In this document: in pieces, positions 52,469 to 64,000 of the stretch
How the letters are laid out: each line of letters starts with the position of its first letter
Numbering within the stretch: the stretch's first letter is position 1
From: an uncultured Rhodospirillaceae bacterium
GTDB taxonomy: Bacteria; Pseudomonadota; Alphaproteobacteria; UBA8366
Direction: 5' to 3'
Length of the DNA: 64,000 nucleotides
NCBI GenBank assembly: GCA_913043025.1
Contig: CAJWLM010000002.1
Location: 22,777-86,776, forward strand
Notes under the pieces: model-generated
Told to the model about the DNA's origin: nothing
Seen by the model: the letters and a program-made list of their open reading frames with translations, nothing else
Databases searched by the model: none
Translations under genes and position numbers: made by a program

Positions 52469-53659
52469 ATGGCGAAAGAAAAATTTGAACGCACAAAGCC
52501 GCATTGTAACATTGGAACAATTGGACACGTTGACCATGGTAAGACAACGTTGACAGCAGCGATCACTAAGGTATTGGCTGAGACGGGGGGTGCTACGTTT
52601 ACAGATTATGGGGACATTGATAAGGCGCCTGAAGAGAAAGAGCGTGGCATCACTATCAATACAGCTCATGTTGAGTATGAGACGGAAAACCGGCACTACG
52701 CGCACGTAGATTGTCCTGGGCACGCTGACTACGTGAAAAACATGATTACAGGTGCGGCGCAAATGGATGGCGCTATTTTGGTTGTTAATGCTGCGGATGG
52801 CCCGATGCCTCAGACGCGAGAGCATATTTTGTTGGCGCGCCAAGTTGGTGTGCCGGCCATTGTGGTGTTTTTGAATAAGGTTGATCAGGTAGATGATGAG
52901 GAGCTGTTAGAGTTAGTTGAGCTTGAAGTGCGTGAGCTTTTATCGAGTTATGATTTCCCGGGCGACGATATTCCGATTGTGGCTGGGACAGCTTTAGGCG
53001 CATTGGAGGGCGGCGATCCGGATACGGGTGCTAATAAAATTCTTGAGTTGATGAAGTGTGTTGACGATTATGTGCCGCAACCTGATCGTCCTAAAGATCT
53101 GCCCTTCTTGATGCCGATTGAAGACGTATTTTCAATTTCTGGTCGTGGCACGGTTGTGACGGGGCGTGTAGAGCGCGGAGTGGTGAATGTTGGTGACGAA
53201 ATAGAAATAGTTGGCATTCGCGACACAGGGAAGACCGTTTGTACTGGTGTTGAGATGTTTCGGAAGCTATTGGATCAGGGTGAGGCAGGAGATAATATTG
53301 GTGCTTTGCTTCGTGGTATTGAGCGTGAAGGGGTGGAGCGTGGCCAAGTGTTAGCGCAGCCAGGATCGATTACGCCGCATACAAAATTCCAATGCGAGTG
53401 CTACATTTTGACCAAGGATGAGGGTGGTCGGCATACGCCATTTTTCTCAAATTATAGGCCGCAATTCTATTTCCGAACTACAGATGTCACTGGTACGGTG
53501 GAGCTTCCAGAAGGGACAGAAATGGTAATGCCTGGGGACAGCATTTCTATGGGTGTAAACTTGATCGCGCCAATTGCTATGGATGAGGGTTTGCGTTTTG
53601 CAATTCGCGAGGGCGGCAAAACTGTTGGCGCTGGTGTTGTAACCAGTATTACTGAATAG
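52469..53659 (+). CDS. tuf: Elongation factor Tu (copy 2)
   Basis: Protein identical to copy 1. Confidence 0.99.
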   Translation: MAKEKFERTKPHCNIGTIGHVDHGKTTLTAAITKVLAETGGATFTDYGDIDKAPEEKERGITINTAHVEYETENRHYAHVDCPGHADYVKNMITGAAQMDGAILVVNAADGPMPQTREHILLARQVGVPAIVVFLNKVDQVDDEELLELVELEVRELLSSYDFPGDDIPIVAGTALGALEGGDPDTGANKILELMKCVDDYVPQPDRPKDLPFLMPIEDVFSISGRGTVVTGRVERGVVNVGDEIEIVGIRDTGKTVCTGVEMFRKLLDQGEAGDNIGALLRGIEREGVERGQVLAQPGSITPHTKFQCECYILTKDEGGRHTPFFSNYRPQFYFRTTDVTGTVELPEGTEMVMPGDSISMGVNLIAPIAMDEGLRFAIREGGKTVGAGVVTSITE

Positions 53660-53688
53660 CTGCTTTAAAGAGCAGTGAGGGCGAATTT

Positions 53689-53997
53689 ATGGACAGTCAA
53701 AATATCCGTATCCGATTAAAAGCTTTCGACCATCGAGTTCTCGATCAGTCGACGCAGGAGATCGTGAATACTGCCAAGCGAACTGGGGCGGGAGTGCGAG
53801 GCCCTATACCGTTGCCTACACGCATAGAAAAATTAACAGTGTTGCGTTCGCCTCATATTGATAAGAAAAGTAGGGAGCAGTTCGAGGTGCGGACTCATAA
53901 ACGGCTTCTTGATATTGTCGACCCGACACCGCAAACAGTTGATGCCCTAATGAAACTCGATTTAGCATCAGGTGTTGATGTGCAGATCAAGCTCTAA
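53689..53997 (+). CDS. rpsJ: 30S ribosomal protein S10
   Basis: [16 protein letters not shown]. Confidence 0.99.
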   Translation: MDSQNIRIRLKAFDHRVLDQSTQEIVNTAKRTGAGVRGPIPLPTRIEKLTVLRSPHIDKKSREQFEVRTHKRLLDIVDPTPQTVDALMKLDLASGVDVQIKL

Positions 53998-54026
53998 TGC
54001 AAGTTTGATCGCGAGGGAGAAAAAAA

Positions 54027-54824
54027 ATGCGTACTGGATTATTGGCAAGAAAACTGGGTATGTCCAGAGTGTTCACGGACAATGGCACCCATGTGCCCGT
54101 TACTGTTTTGAGGGTAGATGATTGTCGTGTTGTTGCGACCCGGAGGGCTGAAGTAGAAGGCTACGATGCGATTCAATTGGGGAGTGGTGCGGCGAAATCA
54201 AAGAACACAACGAATGCATTGCGAGGGCATTTTGCGAAGGCAAAGGTAGAGCCTAAGCAGAAATTGACTGAGTTTCGGGTTAGTAGCGATGCAATGCTCG
54301 ACGTGGGGGTTGAAGTGACTGCTTCTCATTTTGTGAGTGGCCAGTATGTGGACGTAGTTGGCGAAAGTATTGGTAAAGGGTTTGCTGGCGCCATGAAGCG
54401 GCATGGGTTTGGTGGTCTGCGCGCCAGTCATGGAGTTTCAATTTCGCATCGCTCGCACGGCTCAACTGGGCAATGCCAAGATCCGGGGAAGGTTTTTAAA
54501 GGTAAGAAAATGGCCGGTCATATGGGGGCGGCACAGGTTACAAGCCAAAACCTGAAAGTTGTAGAGACGGATGCTGAGAACGGATTGATAATGGTTAAAG
54601 GAGCCGTGCCTGGTGCAAAAGGTACATGGGTGAAAGTGCAGGATGCAGTAAAAAAAATCTTGCCGGAAGAGGCCCCGTTCCCTGCTGGTTTAAGAGATCC
54701 GGGATTGTCTTTGGATGATAATAAGACAAGTGATGTGTCGAACGTAGTTCAGTCTTCTGGTGCTGACAATATCCCAGCTGATAAGGCTACCAGCGCGGAC
54801 AGCCAAGAACTTGGAAAGGGCTGA
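54027..54824 (+). CDS. rplC: 50S ribosomal protein L3 with C-terminal low-complexity tail
   Basis: [29 protein letters not shown]. Confidence 0.98.
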   Translation: MRTGLLARKLGMSRVFTDNGTHVPVTVLRVDDCRVVATRRAEVEGYDAIQLGSGAAKSKNTTNALRGHFAKAKVEPKQKLTEFRVSSDAMLDVGVEVTASHFVSGQYVDVVGESIGKGFAGAMKRHGFGGLRASHGVSISHRSHGSTGQCQDPGKVFKGKKMAGHMGAAQVTSQNLKVVETDAENGLIMVKGAVPGAKGTWVKVQDAVKKILPEEAPFPAGLRDPGLSLDDNKTSDVSNVVQSSGADNIPADKATSADSQELGKG

Positions 54825-54830
54825 CGGTCT

Positions 54831-55451
54831 ATGAAAGCGAAGATCATAACCTTAGAAAATAAAAGCGTGGGGGACATCGAGCTCAAAGATTCAATTTTTG
54901 GTGCGGATGTGCGACAAGACATACTCTCGCGGATGGTAAATTACCAGCGCGCTAAAAAGCGGGCGGGTACACATAAGGTAAAGACCCGGGGAGAAATACG
55001 AGGAACAACGGCAAAGCCTTTCAATCAGAAGGGTAGTGGGCGAGCCCGTCAAGGTTCGGTAAAGGTCACCCAAATGCGCAGCGGTGCGACAGTATTTGGT
55101 CCGGTTGTCCGCTCTCATAGCCATAAGCTGACCAAAAAAGTGCGCAAGTTAGCGCTGCGCTCTGCATTGTCAGCCAAGCAGGCCACAGGTGCGCTCGTGA
55201 TACTCGACAATGCTGAGCTTAAGCAGGGTAAAACAAAAGAACTTGTGGGTAGGTTCGAAAAACTTGGATGGGGGCGCGTGCTGATCGTTGGCGGCTCGTC
55301 GGTAAATGAGAAGTTTTGCCTTGCTGCTCGTAACATACCAAATGTTGATGTTGTGCCGAGCGAAGGTGCTAATGTTTATGATATATTACGGCGGGATACC
55401 TTGGTGTTAACTAAGGATGCGGTGAAAATGCTGGAGGCGCGGTTGTCATGA
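54831..55451 (+). CDS. rplD: 50S ribosomal protein L4
   Basis: [17 protein letters not shown]. Confidence 0.98.
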   Translation: MKAKIITLENKSVGDIELKDSIFGADVRQDILSRMVNYQRAKKRAGTHKVKTRGEIRGTTAKPFNQKGSGRARQGSVKVTQMRSGATVFGPVVRSHSHKLTKKVRKLALRSALSAKQATGALVILDNAELKQGKTKELVGRFEKLGWGRVLIVGGSSVNEKFCLAARNIPNVDVVPSEGANVYDILRRDTLVLTKDAVKMLEARLS

Positions 55452-55774
55452 GCTGGAAGCATTATATTGGTGAAAAGAGGGTGACCAAAGAGCGGCAATA
55501 TGAGCTTATCCGCACCCCTGTGATCACGGAAAAGGCGACTTTAGGTGGCGAACACGGACAAGTCACTTTTAAGGTGCCAATGAGTGCCACGAAGCCTGAA
55601 ATTAAGGCTGCGGTGGAAGCTCTGTTCAATGTAAAGGTTAAGGCCGTTAATACATTGCGCCAAAAGGGTAAAATAAAGCTTTTCCGAGGTCGGGCTGGGC
55701 GGCGTAACGACACCAAGAAAGCCATTATTTGCCTTGAAGAAGGTCACTCAATAGATGTGACTACAGGGGTTTGA
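55448..55774 (+). CDS. rplW: 50S ribosomal protein L23
   Basis: [20 protein letters not shown]. Confidence 0.97.
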   Translation: MSWKHYIGEKRVTKERQYELIRTPVITEKATLGGEHGQVTFKVPMSATKPEIKAAVEALFNVKVKAVNTLRQKGKIKLFRGRAGRRNDTKKAIICLEEGHSIDVTTGV

Positions 55775-55778
55775 GAAA

Positions 55779-56612
55779 ATGGCATTGAAAAGTTTTAATC
55801 CCATAACGCCGGGCATGCGGGAATTAGTTCTTGTTAATCGTTCTGATCTGTACAGGGGTCAGCCGGTCAAAGAGCTAACGCAAGGTCTGCCGAAAAAAGG
55901 TGGGCGTAATAATAAAGGCCGGGTAACGGCGAGGCGTCGTGGTGGTGGGCACAAGAGAAGATATAGAGTTATAGATTTTAAGCGCAATAAGCTTGATGTT
56001 TTAGCAACGGTAGAGCGTATTGAATACGATCCAAACCGCACTGCATTCATAGCGTTGATTAAATATAATGATGGAGAAAAAGCATATATTTTAGCTCCGC
56101 AACGCATTACTCCGGGAGACAAGGTGATGTCTGGTGCTGGGGCAGATATAAAGCCTGGGAATGCGTTACCCTTAAATTCAATTCCTGTCGGAACTATAAT
56201 TCATAATGTGGAAATGAAGCCTGGCAAGGGCGGGCAGATTGCCCGGTCTGCTGGTACATACGTACAGCTGGTAGGGCGTGATCAAGGTTACGCTCAAATC
56301 AAGCTGAGTTCTGGTGAATTACGGATGGTTCGTGGCGAGTGTATGGCCACCGTCGGTGCGGTGTCAAACCCTGATCAAGCCAATATTTCGCTTGGAAAAG
56401 CAGGTCGCAAGCGTTGGCTTGGGAAGCGCCCGCAAGTGCGCGGTGTTGCGATGAACCCGGTAGATCACCCTCATGGAGGTGGTGAAGGGCGAACATCAGG
56501 TGGCCGCCACCCTGTCACGCCTTGGGGTAAGCCGACTAAGGGTAAGAGAACAAGGGATAAGAAAAAGCCAAGTGGTAAACTTATAATTCGACGTCGCGGC
56601 CAAAAGCGATAG
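55779..56612 (+). CDS. rplB: 50S ribosomal protein L2
   Basis: [20 protein letters not shown]. Confidence 0.99.
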   Translation: MALKSFNPITPGMRELVLVNRSDLYRGQPVKELTQGLPKKGGRNNKGRVTARRRGGGHKRRYRVIDFKRNKLDVLATVERIEYDPNRTAFIALIKYNDGEKAYILAPQRITPGDKVMSGAGADIKPGNALPLNSIPVGTIIHNVEMKPGKGGQIARSAGTYVQLVGRDQGYAQIKLSSGELRMVRGECMATVGAVSNPDQANISLGKAGRKRWLGKRPQVRGVAMNPVDHPHGGGEGRTSGGRHPVTPWGKPTKGKRTRDKKKPSGKLIIRRRGQKR

Positions 56613-56629
56613 GTAGGGGAGTTTAGAAA

Positions 56630-56908
56630 GTGGCACGTTCAGTTTGGAAAGGACCGTTTGTTGATGGCTATTTACTGAAAAAAGCCGAAGTTGTCCGGGG
56701 GTCAGGACGTAATGATGTAATTAAGACATGGTCTAGGCGCTCGACTATACTGCCCCAATTTGTCGGTCTTACTTTTGGTGTTCACAATGGTACAAAGTTT
56801 ATTCCGGTCTTGGTGACGGAAAATATGATTGGGCATAAATTCGGTGAGTTTTCTCCGACCCGGACGTATTTTGGTCATACGGCTGATAAAAAAGCAAAAC
56901 GAGCTTAA
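56630..56908 (+). CDS. rpsS: 30S ribosomal protein S19
   Basis: [19 protein letters not shown]. Confidence 0.99.
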   Translation: MARSVWKGPFVDGYLLKKAEVVRGSGRNDVIKTWSRRSTILPQFVGLTFGVHNGTKFIPVLVTENMIGHKFGEFSPTRTYFGHTADKKAKRA

Positions 56909-56926
56909 GTGTAGCAGGCAATAATT

Positions 56927-57307
56927 ATGGGTAAATCGAAGTCAAAACGACGGCAAGCGGATGATGAAGCTAGGGCTTATGGCAAGTTGCTGCGCGGTAG
57001 TCCGCAAAAGTTGAACTTGGTCGCTCAAACAATACGTGGTAAAGCGGCAAATAAAGCACTTGCTGAATTGACGTTTTCACGAAGGCGCATTGCTTGTGAA
57101 GTAAAAAAAGTACTGGAATCTGCTATTGCTAACGCAGAAAATAATCATCAATTAGATGTCGATAGGCTATACATAAAAGAGGCAACGGTTGGTAAATCCC
57201 TTGTTATGAAACGATTTCGTCCTCGTGCCCGAGGTCGGGTTGGTCGCATACGCAAACCTTTCAGTAATCTTACGGTCATTGTTAAAGAGCGCGAGGAGTC
57301 GGAGTAA
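56927..57307 (+). CDS. rplV: 50S ribosomal protein L22
   Basis: [16 protein letters not shown]. Confidence 0.98.
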   Translation: MGKSKSKRRQADDEARAYGKLLRGSPQKLNLVAQTIRGKAANKALAELTFSRRRIACEVKKVLESAIANAENNHQLDVDRLYIKEATVGKSLVMKRFRPRARGRVGRIRKPFSNLTVIVKEREESE

Positions 57308-57981
57308 TGGGTCAGAAAGTAAACCCAATTGGGCTAAGGCTCGGTATAAATAGGACGTGGGACTCCAGGTGGTACGCAGATGGTGAATATGGAGAATTAC
57401 TCCATCAGGATCTTGAGTTACGTAAGTATCTTTTCAAAAGGCTTAACCAAGCCGGTGTTTCCAAGGTGGTTATCGAACGTCCGGCGAAGAAAGCGCGGAT
57501 CACAATTCATACGGCAAGGCCTGGGGTGGTGATAGGTAAAAAGGGTGCTGATATTGAGGTATTGCGTCAAGATATCGCAAAAATGACTAAAGGGGATGTG
57601 GCCTTAAACATTATAGAAATTAGGAAGCCGGAAATTGATGCCAAGCTTGTGGCCGATAATATAGCCCAGCAATTAGTGCGGCGGGTTGCCTTTCGCCGCG
57701 CTATGAAGCGTGCGGTTCAGTCAGCTATGCGTCTCGGTGCTGAAGGCATCCGCATAAATTGTGCTGGCCGGCTAGGCGGAGCAGAGATTGCGCGGACTGA
57801 ATGGTACCGGGAGGGTAGGGTTCCATTACACACTCTTCGCGCCGATGTAGATTATGGAACGTCAACTGCGCAGACAACCTACGGGGCCTGCGGTGTCAAG
57901 GTCTGGGTTTTTAAGGGCGAGATTTTAGCTCATGACCCCATGGCACAAGATAAGCTTTTACAGGAACAGCAGGTTCGATAG
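57307..57981 (+). CDS. rpsC: 30S ribosomal protein S3
   Basis: [22 protein letters not shown]. Confidence 0.99.
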   Translation: MGQKVNPIGLRLGINRTWDSRWYADGEYGELLHQDLELRKYLFKRLNQAGVSKVVIERPAKKARITIHTARPGVVIGKKGADIEVLRQDIAKMTKGDVALNIIEIRKPEIDAKLVADNIAQQLVRRVAFRRAMKRAVQSAMRLGAEGIRINCAGRLGGAEIARTEWYREGRVPLHTLRADVDYGTSTAQTTYGACGVKVWVFKGEILAHDPMAQDKLLQEQQVR

Positions 57982-58005
57982 AGCCTTTGTTCAGGAGATA
58001 AAGTA

Positions 58006-58419
58006 ATGCTCAGCCCAAAACGGACAAAATTCCGTAAACAACAAAAAGGTCGGCTAAAGGGATTAGCTAAGGGGGGTTTTAGCCTAAATTTTGGTAGCTA
58101 TGGCTTAAAAGCTACTACCCCCGGTCGTGTGACAGCTCGCCAAATAGAGGCTGCACGGCGTACAATCACAAGGCACATTAAACGTGCCGGTCGAGTTTGG
58201 ATACGGGTATTCCCAGACGTCCCTGTTAGTCAGAAGCCTGCTGAAGTCCGTATGGGTAAAGGTAAGGGGACGCCGGAGTATTGGATGTGTCGAGTGAAGC
58301 CGGGCCGGGTGATGTTTGAGCTAGATGGTGTTGAACTAGATATAGCGCGAAGAGCCTTTGAATTAGCGGCCGCCAAACTGCCGGTTAAAACTCGGTTTGT
58401 TTCGCGTCTTGGTAGTTAA
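58006..58419 (+). CDS. rplP: 50S ribosomal protein L16
   Basis: RMGKGKG, AAAKLP. Confidence 0.99.
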   Translation: MLSPKRTKFRKQQKGRLKGLAKGGFSLNFGSYGLKATTPGRVTARQIEAARRTITRHIKRAGRVWIRVFPDVPVSQKPAEVRMGKGKGTPEYWMCRVKPGRVMFELDGVELDIARRAFELAAAKLPVKTRFVSRLGS

Positions 58420-58430
58420 GGAGCGGTGCA

Positions 58431-58634
58431 ATGAAGGCAGCTGATGTGAAGCAAAAATCCGATGACGAATTAGCGGAACAGTTGATAGATTTGCGCAAGG
58501 AATCTTTTAATCTTAGGTTTCAGCGGGCGAGTGGGCAATTAGAAAATACCGGCCGTGTTCGGCAAGTCCGGCGAGATATTGCTCGTATAAAGACCGTGAT
58601 GAAAGAGCGGTCAAAGAGTGGTAAGGGAGAGTAG
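58431..58634 (+). CDS. rpmC: 50S ribosomal protein L29
   Basis: [15 protein letters not shown]. Confidence 0.97.
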   Translation: MKAADVKQKSDDELAEQLIDLRKESFNLRFQRASGQLENTGRVRQVRRDIARIKTVMKERSKSGKGE

Positions 58635-58637
58635 GTG

Positions 58638-58874
58638 ATGTCAAAACGGATTTTACAGGGACGAGTTCTGAAAGATGCTAAAGATAAGTCCGTAATGGTT
58701 CGAGTTGAGCGGAAAGTGAAACACCCGCTCTACCAAAAATTTATCCGACGGTCGAAAAAATATATGGCGCATGACGAAGGAAATCTTTGTAAAGCCGGTG
58801 ACTTTGTGCGCATCCAAGAGTGTCGGCCAATTTCTAAGCGGAAATGTTGGGAAATATTGACCGAATCCGCATAA
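58638..58874 (+). CDS. rpsQ: 30S ribosomal protein S17
   Basis: HPLYQK, AHDE, ECRPISK. Confidence 0.97.
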   Translation: MSKRILQGRVLKDAKDKSVMVRVERKVKHPLYQKFIRRSKKYMAHDEGNLCKAGDFVRIQECRPISKRKCWEILTESA

Positions 58875-58901
58875 ATTATTGAGTAGGGGGAGCGCTGGAC
58901 C

Positions 58902-59270
58902 ATGATCCAGATGCAAACAAATCTTGACGTAGCCGATAATTCAGGCGCTCGGCGTGTCCAATGCATTAAAGTGCTTGGAGGATCAAAGCGCAAGACAGCC
59001 GGCGTTGGCGATGTGATAGTGGTATCTGTTAAGGAGGCCATTCCGCGTGGTCGTGTCAAAAAGGGTGAGGTTTTAAAGGCAGTGGTTGTGCGTACCGCCA
59101 AAGAGGTTCGAAGAGATGATGGGAGCGCTATAAGATTCGACCGCAATGCTGCAGTGTTGATCAATAATCAAAATGAACCAATCGGCACTCGTATATTTGG
59201 TCCCGTAACAAGGGAATTGCGCGCACGTCAGTTTATGAAGATTATATCATTGGCGCCGGAGGTTTTGTGA
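58902..59270 (+). CDS. rplN: 50S ribosomal protein L14
   Basis: [23 protein letters not shown]. Confidence 0.99.
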   Translation: MIQMQTNLDVADNSGARRVQCIKVLGGSKRKTAGVGDVIVVSVKEAIPRGRVKKGEVLKAVVVRTAKEVRRDDGSAIRFDRNAAVLINNQNEPIGTRIFGPVTRELRARQFMKIISLAPEVL

Positions 59271-59587
59271 TGGCAGCGAAGATTAGAAAAGGTGATAAAG
59301 TCATCGTTCTCTCAGGTCGCGATAAGGGAAAGTCTGGGGAAGTAGTTAAACTGGTGTTAAAAGAAAAACGAGCTTTCGTGCAAGGAATCAATGTTGTCAA
59401 GCGTCACACAAAACCAAGCCAGACCAATCCAGGCGGCATTGTAGACAAAGAGCTTCCAATCCATTTGTCCAATTTGGCAATCATTGATCCAAAAGATGAC
59501 AAGCCAACCCGTGTGGGTTTTAAAACGCTAGAAGGTGGTCGTAAAGTTCGGTTTGCCAAACGTTCCGGCGAAGTGATTGATAGTTAA
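59267..59587 (+). CDS. rplX: 50S ribosomal protein L24
   Basis: [21 protein letters not shown]. Confidence 0.98.
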   Translation: MMAAKIRKGDKVIVLSGRDKGKSGEVVKLVLKEKRAFVQGINVVKRHTKPSQTNPGGIVDKELPIHLSNLAIIDPKDDKPTRVGFKTLEGGRKVRFAKRSGEVIDS

Positions 59588-59593
59588 GGTGTT

Positions 59594-60199
59594 GTGATGG
59601 CTGAAAAAAATTATATACCCCGTTTAAAAAAGCTTTATCGGGAAGAATTGCGTCAACAGATGACGACTGCTTTCGGCTATGCGAATCCTATGGAAATTCC
59701 AAAGCTTGAGAAGATAGTTGTAAACATGGGCGTTGGTAGTGCAGCCTCAGACTCAAAAAAAATCGGTGCTGCGTGTGATGATTTGGCAGCAATTACGGGT
59801 CAGAAACCACAAATAACGAAGGCAAAACAGTCAATTGCAAACTTCAAGTTGCGTGAAGGGGTTTCGATAGGAGCAAAGGTTACATTGCGTCGCGACCGGA
59901 TGTATGAGTTTTTAGACCGGCTGGTGAACGTGGCGTTGCCGAGAGTTCGAGATTTTCGTGGTTTGTCAGCAAAAAGCTTCGATGGCAACGGCAACTACTC
60001 GATGGGGCTTAAAGAGCAAATTGTTTTTCCAGAAATTGACTATGATAGGGTAGATACAATTCGTGGAATGAATGTTGTGATTTGTACTACTGCGAATACA
60101 GATAATGAGGCCCGTGAATTGTTACGCGGTTTTAATTTACCATTTCCAAAAAATGATAAACAGCAAGCTGCCAGTAATGTTGGCACAGATAAGGTATAG
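59594..60199 (+). CDS. rplE: 50S ribosomal protein L5
   Basis: [25 protein letters not shown]. Confidence 0.98.
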   Translation: MMAEKNYIPRLKKLYREELRQQMTTAFGYANPMEIPKLEKIVVNMGVGSAASDSKKIGAACDDLAAITGQKPQITKAKQSIANFKLREGVSIGAKVTLRRDRMYEFLDRLVNVALPRVRDFRGLSAKSFDGNGNYSMGLKEQIVFPEIDYDRVDTIRGMNVVICTTANTDNEARELLRGFNLPFPKNDKQQAASNVGTDKV

Positions 60200-60207
60200 G
60201 CTAAGCT

Positions 60208-60513
60208 ATGGCAAAAAAAAGTGCGGTTGAAAAAAATAAGCGCCGGCGTCGAATGGTCGCTAAGTTTTTGGCGAAAAGAAATACTCTGCGCGCTATCGCT
60301 AATGATCAAAAATTGCCCGCTGAAGAGCGGTTTGAAGCTCGGTTAAAGCTCTCCCAGTTGCCCAGAAATTCTGCACCAACCCGAATTCGGAATAGGTGCG
60401 AAATGACAGGTCGGCCGAGAGGGGTGTACCGGAAATATAAAATGTCCCGTATTTCATTACGGGATCTCGCGTCTACCGGGCGTATTCCCGGTATGGTCAA
60501 GTCAAGCTGGTAG
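60208..60513 (+). CDS. rpsN: 30S ribosomal protein S14 (long, zinc-free type)
   Basis: [20 protein letters not shown]. Confidence 0.98.
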   Translation: MAKKSAVEKNKRRRRMVAKFLAKRNTLRAIANDQKLPAEERFEARLKLSQLPRNSAPTRIRNRCEMTGRPRGVYRKYKMSRISLRDLASTGRIPGMVKSSW

Positions 60514-60526
60514 GAGACACGCATCA

Positions 60527-60925
60527 ATGACGATGAGCGATCCCTTAGGTGATATGCTTACGCGTATCCGAAACGGACAGCGTAACAGTGCTGCAACTGT
60601 TATTTGTCCCGCATCGAAACTTCGAGCTAATGTCCTAGACGCGCTAAAGCGCGAAGGATATATCCGTGGTTTTAGTTGGGCTGAATTGAGAGCTGGTATT
60701 CAGGAGCTTACAATCGAACTAAAATACCATGAAGGTGAGCCAGTAATAAAAGAAATCTCTAGAATCTCAACCCCAGGCCGACGCATTTATTCTAGGATCA
60801 AGGATTTACGTCGGGTTTACAATGGGCTCGGAATTTCCATTTTATCCACGCCTTATGGTGTTTTGTCAGATGCGGAAGCGCGCGCAAAAAACGTGGGTGG
60901 TGAAGTGTTGTGTCAGGTCTTTTAA
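60527..60925 (+). CDS. rpsH: 30S ribosomal protein S8
   Basis: DPLGDMLTRIRN, STPGRRIY, GGEVLC. Confidence 0.99.
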   Translation: MTMSDPLGDMLTRIRNGQRNSAATVICPASKLRANVLDALKREGYIRGFSWAELRAGIQELTIELKYHEGEPVIKEISRISTPGRRIYSRIKDLRRVYNGLGISILSTPYGVLSDAEARAKNVGGEVLCQVF

Positions 60926-60949
60926 GTGCGGCGGTGGTAGGAGTGAGTT

Positions 60950-61489
60950 ATGTCTCGTGTAGGTAAAAACCCAGTTGCAGTGCCAGAAGGCGTTGACGTG
61001 TCCGTTTCTGGTGCCTTGCTTGTGGCCAAGGGTAAGCTGGGTGAGGTAACAGTGCCTTTGCATGAAGCTGTAGATCTAAAAGTTGAAAAAGACGTTGTTA
61101 CAGTGGTGCCGCTGGACCAGTCAAAGTTAGCGCGTTCATTATGGGGAACTATTCGTAGCTTGGTTAATAGTGCTGTGACTGGCGTTTCGGTTGGTTTTAC
61201 CAAAAAGCTAGAAATCAATGGTGTTGGTTATCGGGCCCAATTAAAGGGCAAGGTGTTAAACTTGCAGCTGGGGCATAGTCACGACATTAACTTTCCCATT
61301 CCAGAAGGTATTGATATTAAGCTCGAGGGAGATCGTCAAAACGTCGTAGCTGTAAGTGGTGTGGATAAGCAAAAAGTAGGACAGGTAGCGAGCAAAATTC
61401 GAGGGTTTCGCAAGCCTGAGCCCTACAAAGGTAAAGGAATAAAATACGTTGACGAATACATATTGCGTAAAGAAGGTAAGAAAAAATAG
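60950..61489 (+). CDS. rplF: 50S ribosomal protein L6
   Basis: MSRVGK, GVGYRA, PEPYKGKGI. Confidence 0.99.
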   Translation: MSRVGKNPVAVPEGVDVSVSGALLVAKGKLGEVTVPLHEAVDLKVEKDVVTVVPLDQSKLARSLWGTIRSLVNSAVTGVSVGFTKKLEINGVGYRAQLKGKVLNLQLGHSHDINFPIPEGIDIKLEGDRQNVVAVSGVDKQKVGQVASKIRGFRKPEPYKGKGIKYVDEYILRKEGKKK

Positions 61490-61501
61490 AAGGCGGTTTA
61501 T

Positions 61502-61864
61502 ATGTTGAGTTCTAGGAAACTATTTGAAAGACGAAGAGGACGGAACCGCTATAACCTGAAGCGCAGTGCTAGAGGTAAGGTCCGGTTGTCGGTTTTTCGG
61601 TCGAAAATGCATATTTATGCTCAAGTTATCGACGACAGTACAGGCTGCACACTTGCTGCGGCGTCTAGTGCGGAGAAAGAGTTCCGTTCTCAGGTGAAGA
61701 ATGGCGGCAACAAGAAAGCCGCAGGTGAAGTCGGTTCGCTGATTGCGCAAAGAGCGAAAGATGCGGGTATACTGAATGTGGTTTTTGATAGGGGTGGTTA
61801 TGCCTATCACGGACGAGTTGAAGCATTAGCTAAGGCAGCCCGTGACGGCGGGCTAGCCTTTTAG
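61502..61864 (+). CDS. rplR: 50S ribosomal protein L18
   Basis: [19 protein letters not shown]. Confidence 0.98.
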   Translation: MLSSRKLFERRRGRNRYNLKRSARGKVRLSVFRSKMHIYAQVIDDSTGCTLAAASSAEKEFRSQVKNGGNKKAAGEVGSLIAQRAKDAGILNVVFDRGGYAYHGRVEALAKAARDGGLAF

Positions 61865-61876
61865 GGGGATAAGAGT

Positions 61877-62470
61877 ATGGCGCGGGAACCGCAAGGCAAA
61901 GGTCGTGGTCGTGGTCGTGGTCGTGGTCGGGATGAACAACGTGATCAGCCAGACCTTATTGAAAAGTTAGTTGGCATCAATCGAGTTGCAAAGGTGGTAA
62001 AAGGTGGCCGGAGATTTGGTTTCTCTGCGGTTGTAGTGGTTGGTGATGGCAAAGGGCGGGTTGGCCATGGCGTTGGAAAGGCTCGTGAAGTTCCCGAGGC
62101 CATCCGAAAAGCTACAGAAAGTGCGCGTAAGCGCCTAATTAGAGTTCTCCTCCGTGAAGGTAGAACCTTACACCATGATGTGCGTGGGCGTTTTGGGGCA
62201 GGTAAGGTGGTTTTGCGTAATGCTCCTCCTGGAACGGGAATCATTGCTGGGGGCCCAATGCGAGCAGTGTTTGAAGCCCTCGGTATGCAAGATGTAGTTG
62301 CGAAATCGGTTGGTACTTCAAACAATCAAAATATGATTAAGGCGACTTTTGATGCTTTGTCAAAGTGTACCTCTCCTCGTCTTGTTGCCGGTAAACGTGG
62401 GAAAAAGGTAGGAGAGATTGTTGGACGGCGTAGTGATAGAGATATGGTGAAGGATATGAGCAATGGCTAG
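61877..62470 (+). CDS. rpsE: 30S ribosomal protein S5
   Basis: [17 protein letters not shown]. Confidence 0.99.
   Translation: MAREPQGKGRGRGRGRGRDEQRDQPDLIEKLVGINRVAKVVKGGRRFGFSAVVVVGDGKGRVGHGVGKAREVPEAIRKATESARKRLIRVLLREGRTLHHDVRGRFGAGKVVLRNAPPGTGIIAGGPMRAVFEALGMQDVVAKSVGTSNNQNMIKATFDALSKCTSPRLVAGKRGKKVGEIVGRRSDRDMVKDMSNG
61901..61930 (+). repeat. (GGTCGT)4 GGTCGG in-frame tandem repeat encoding (GR)5 in the S5 N-terminus
   Basis: Read directly from the sequence. Confidence 0.9.
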
Positions 62471-62651
62471 CAAGACTGTTCGTATTACTCAAGTCGGGAG
62501 CCCTATAAGGCGCAAGGCAGATCAACGGCAAACCCTTAGAGGGCTCGGGCTTAATAAGATGCATAAGACCAGAGAGCTTGAGGATACTCCAGCGGTGCGC
62601 GGCATGATCGCGAAAGTAAAACATCTAGTACGGGTTGATGACGCTGGCTAA
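62463..62651 (+). CDS. rpmD: 50S ribosomal protein L30
   Basis: [16 protein letters not shown]. Confidence 0.98.
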   Translation: MASKTVRITQVGSPIRRKADQRQTLRGLGLNKMHKTRELEDTPAVRGMIAKVKHLVRVDDAG

Positions 62652-62689
62652 TTTCTGCCAGCTTGTTGATCTAAAGAGAGGTCGGTGCA

Positions 62690-63262
62690 ATGCGACTTAA
62701 TAAAATTTCTGACAATCGCGGTGCTAAGCATAATCGCAAACGCGTGGGTAGAGGTGAAGGGTCTGGCACAGGTAAGACGTCAGGGAAGGGGCAAAAGGGG
62801 CAAAAGTCTCGGAGTGGTGTATCCATCAAAGGTTTTGAGGGAGGCCAAATGCCATTATACCGAAGGCTGCCAAAGCGTGGGTTTACCAATATTTTTCGAA
62901 AACAATTCGTTGAGTTGAACATTGGTCGTCTTCAAGACGCGATAGACTCAGGAAAGCTAGCAGCTGATGAAATTATTGATGGAAAGGCGTTATTATCGGC
63001 TGGGGTTGTACGTCGACTAAAAGATGGGGTGCGATTGCTAGGAAACGGTAAACTCAGCGCAAAATTAAAGTTAAATGTTGCTGGTGCATCGCGGTCAGCG
63101 ATAGCAGCTGTTGAAGAGAGCGGGGGTGAAATTACGTTCACGGTTGACGCGGTAGTGAAAGATCCTTCGCCAAGTAACGGAAAAAAAAGTAGCGATGCAG
63201 AGGAAAAAGCTGTCAAACAAGAAAAGCTGAACGATCAGAATTCTGTATCCGACAAAAACTAA
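62690..63262 (+). CDS. rplO: 50S ribosomal protein L15 with C-terminal extension
   Basis: [27 protein letters not shown]. Confidence 0.98.
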   Translation: MRLNKISDNRGAKHNRKRVGRGEGSGTGKTSGKGQKGQKSRSGVSIKGFEGGQMPLYRRLPKRGFTNIFRKQFVELNIGRLQDAIDSGKLAADEIIDGKALLSAGVVRRLKDGVRLLGNGKLSAKLKLNVAGASRSAIAAVEESGGEITFTVDAVVKDPSPSNGKKSSDAEEKAVKQEKLNDQNSVSDKN

Positions 63263-63312
63263 CGGACATATATTTGATTTGTGGGTCAGCTTCATAGACT
63301 GAAAGAACAGAT

Positions 63313-64000
63313 ATGGCATCAGCCGCGGAACAACTAGCTTCGAATTTCAACTTTGGCGCCTTTAATAAGGCAACAGAGCTTAAAAAGCGTATATGGTTCA
63401 CGCTTGGTGCGTTAGTTATCTATAGGCTCGGTACGTATATTCCTTTGCCTGGAATTGACCCACAGGTCATCCGAGATATTTTTGATCAGGGCGCTGGAGG
63501 CATCACAGACATGATGGACCTCTTTACCGGCGGTGCGCTCGGTCGTATGAGTATTTTTGCCCTAAACATTATGCCCTATATTTCCGCTGCGATTATCATG
63601 CAGCTGTTACAATCAACGGTGCCGAAATTTGAAGCCATGAAAAAAGAAGGTGAGCCTGGTCGTAAAAAGCTTAACCAATACACCCGTTATGGCACAGTTT
63701 TTTTGGCTACTTTTCAAGCGTATGGCCTTTCTGTAGGTGTTGAGGGGATCGCTTCCGCGTCTGGCGCCGCAGTGCTTACACCAGGATTCTTCTTTCGGGC
63801 TACAACCGTAATATCCTTAGTCGGTGGTACAATTTTTTTAATGTGGCTCGGGGAACAGGTTACTCAGCGTGGCGTGGGTAACGGTATTTCGTTAATCATC
63901 TTTGCAGGCATTGTTGCTGAGCTGCCATCTGCTCTTGTTGCCACGATGGATCTCGGGCGAAGGGGAGTGCTATCGGCTCCAATTATCATTGGTATTCTAG
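63313..64000 (+). CDS. secY: Preprotein translocase subunit SecY (3' truncated by window edge)
   Basis: Not in the ORF track; own translation gives MASAAEQLAS...RLGTYIPLPG...SIFALNIMPYISAAII...WLGEQVT..GVGNGIS. Confidence 0.97.
   Translation, partial: MASAAEQLASNFNFGAFNKATELKKRIWFTLGALVIYRLGTYIPLPGIDPQVIRDIFDQGAGGITDMMDLFTGGALGRMSIFALNIMPYISAAIIMQLLQSTVPKFEAMKKEGEPGRKKLNQYTRYGTVFLATFQAYGLSVGVEGIASASGAAVLTPGFFFRATTVISLVGGTIFLMWLGEQVTQRGVGNGISLIIFAGIVAELPSALVATMDLGRRGVLSAPIIIGIL

Overview
Chromosomal window from an alphaproteobacterium, probably a Rhodospirillales-like lineage. This is inferred from the protein sequences and the rlmB / tRNA-Tyr-Gly / tuf / secE / nusG order. The right half (35.4-64 kb) is the conserved core cluster: three tRNAs, two apparently identical tuf copies, secE-nusG, rplKAJL, rpoBC, and the str, S10 and spc operons into secY. 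The left half is metabolic and accessory: two acyl-CoA catabolic operons (one ending in a Tat-exported PhoD), a TPP enzyme, a PDZ protease-like protein lacking its triad, a GT41 TPR glycosyltransferase, a tRNA-Thr and a selenium locus at about 19-31 kb. The selenium locus has a putative selenium-oxyanion ABC transporter, an oxidoreductase-SelD fusion, and the selenoneine genes senB and senA, with senB inverted and sharing a 27-bp symmetric spacer with senA. It is followed by an acyl-CoA dehydrogenase lacking the catalytic Glu (desulfinase-like), a crotonase, a rhodanese and a TusA-type carrier. The senABC core is a known pathway; its extended context is the best candidate for an undescribed system. 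A threonine-synthase paralog lacking the PLP lysine is also notable. All family calls are from motif recognition by eye; no searches were run.
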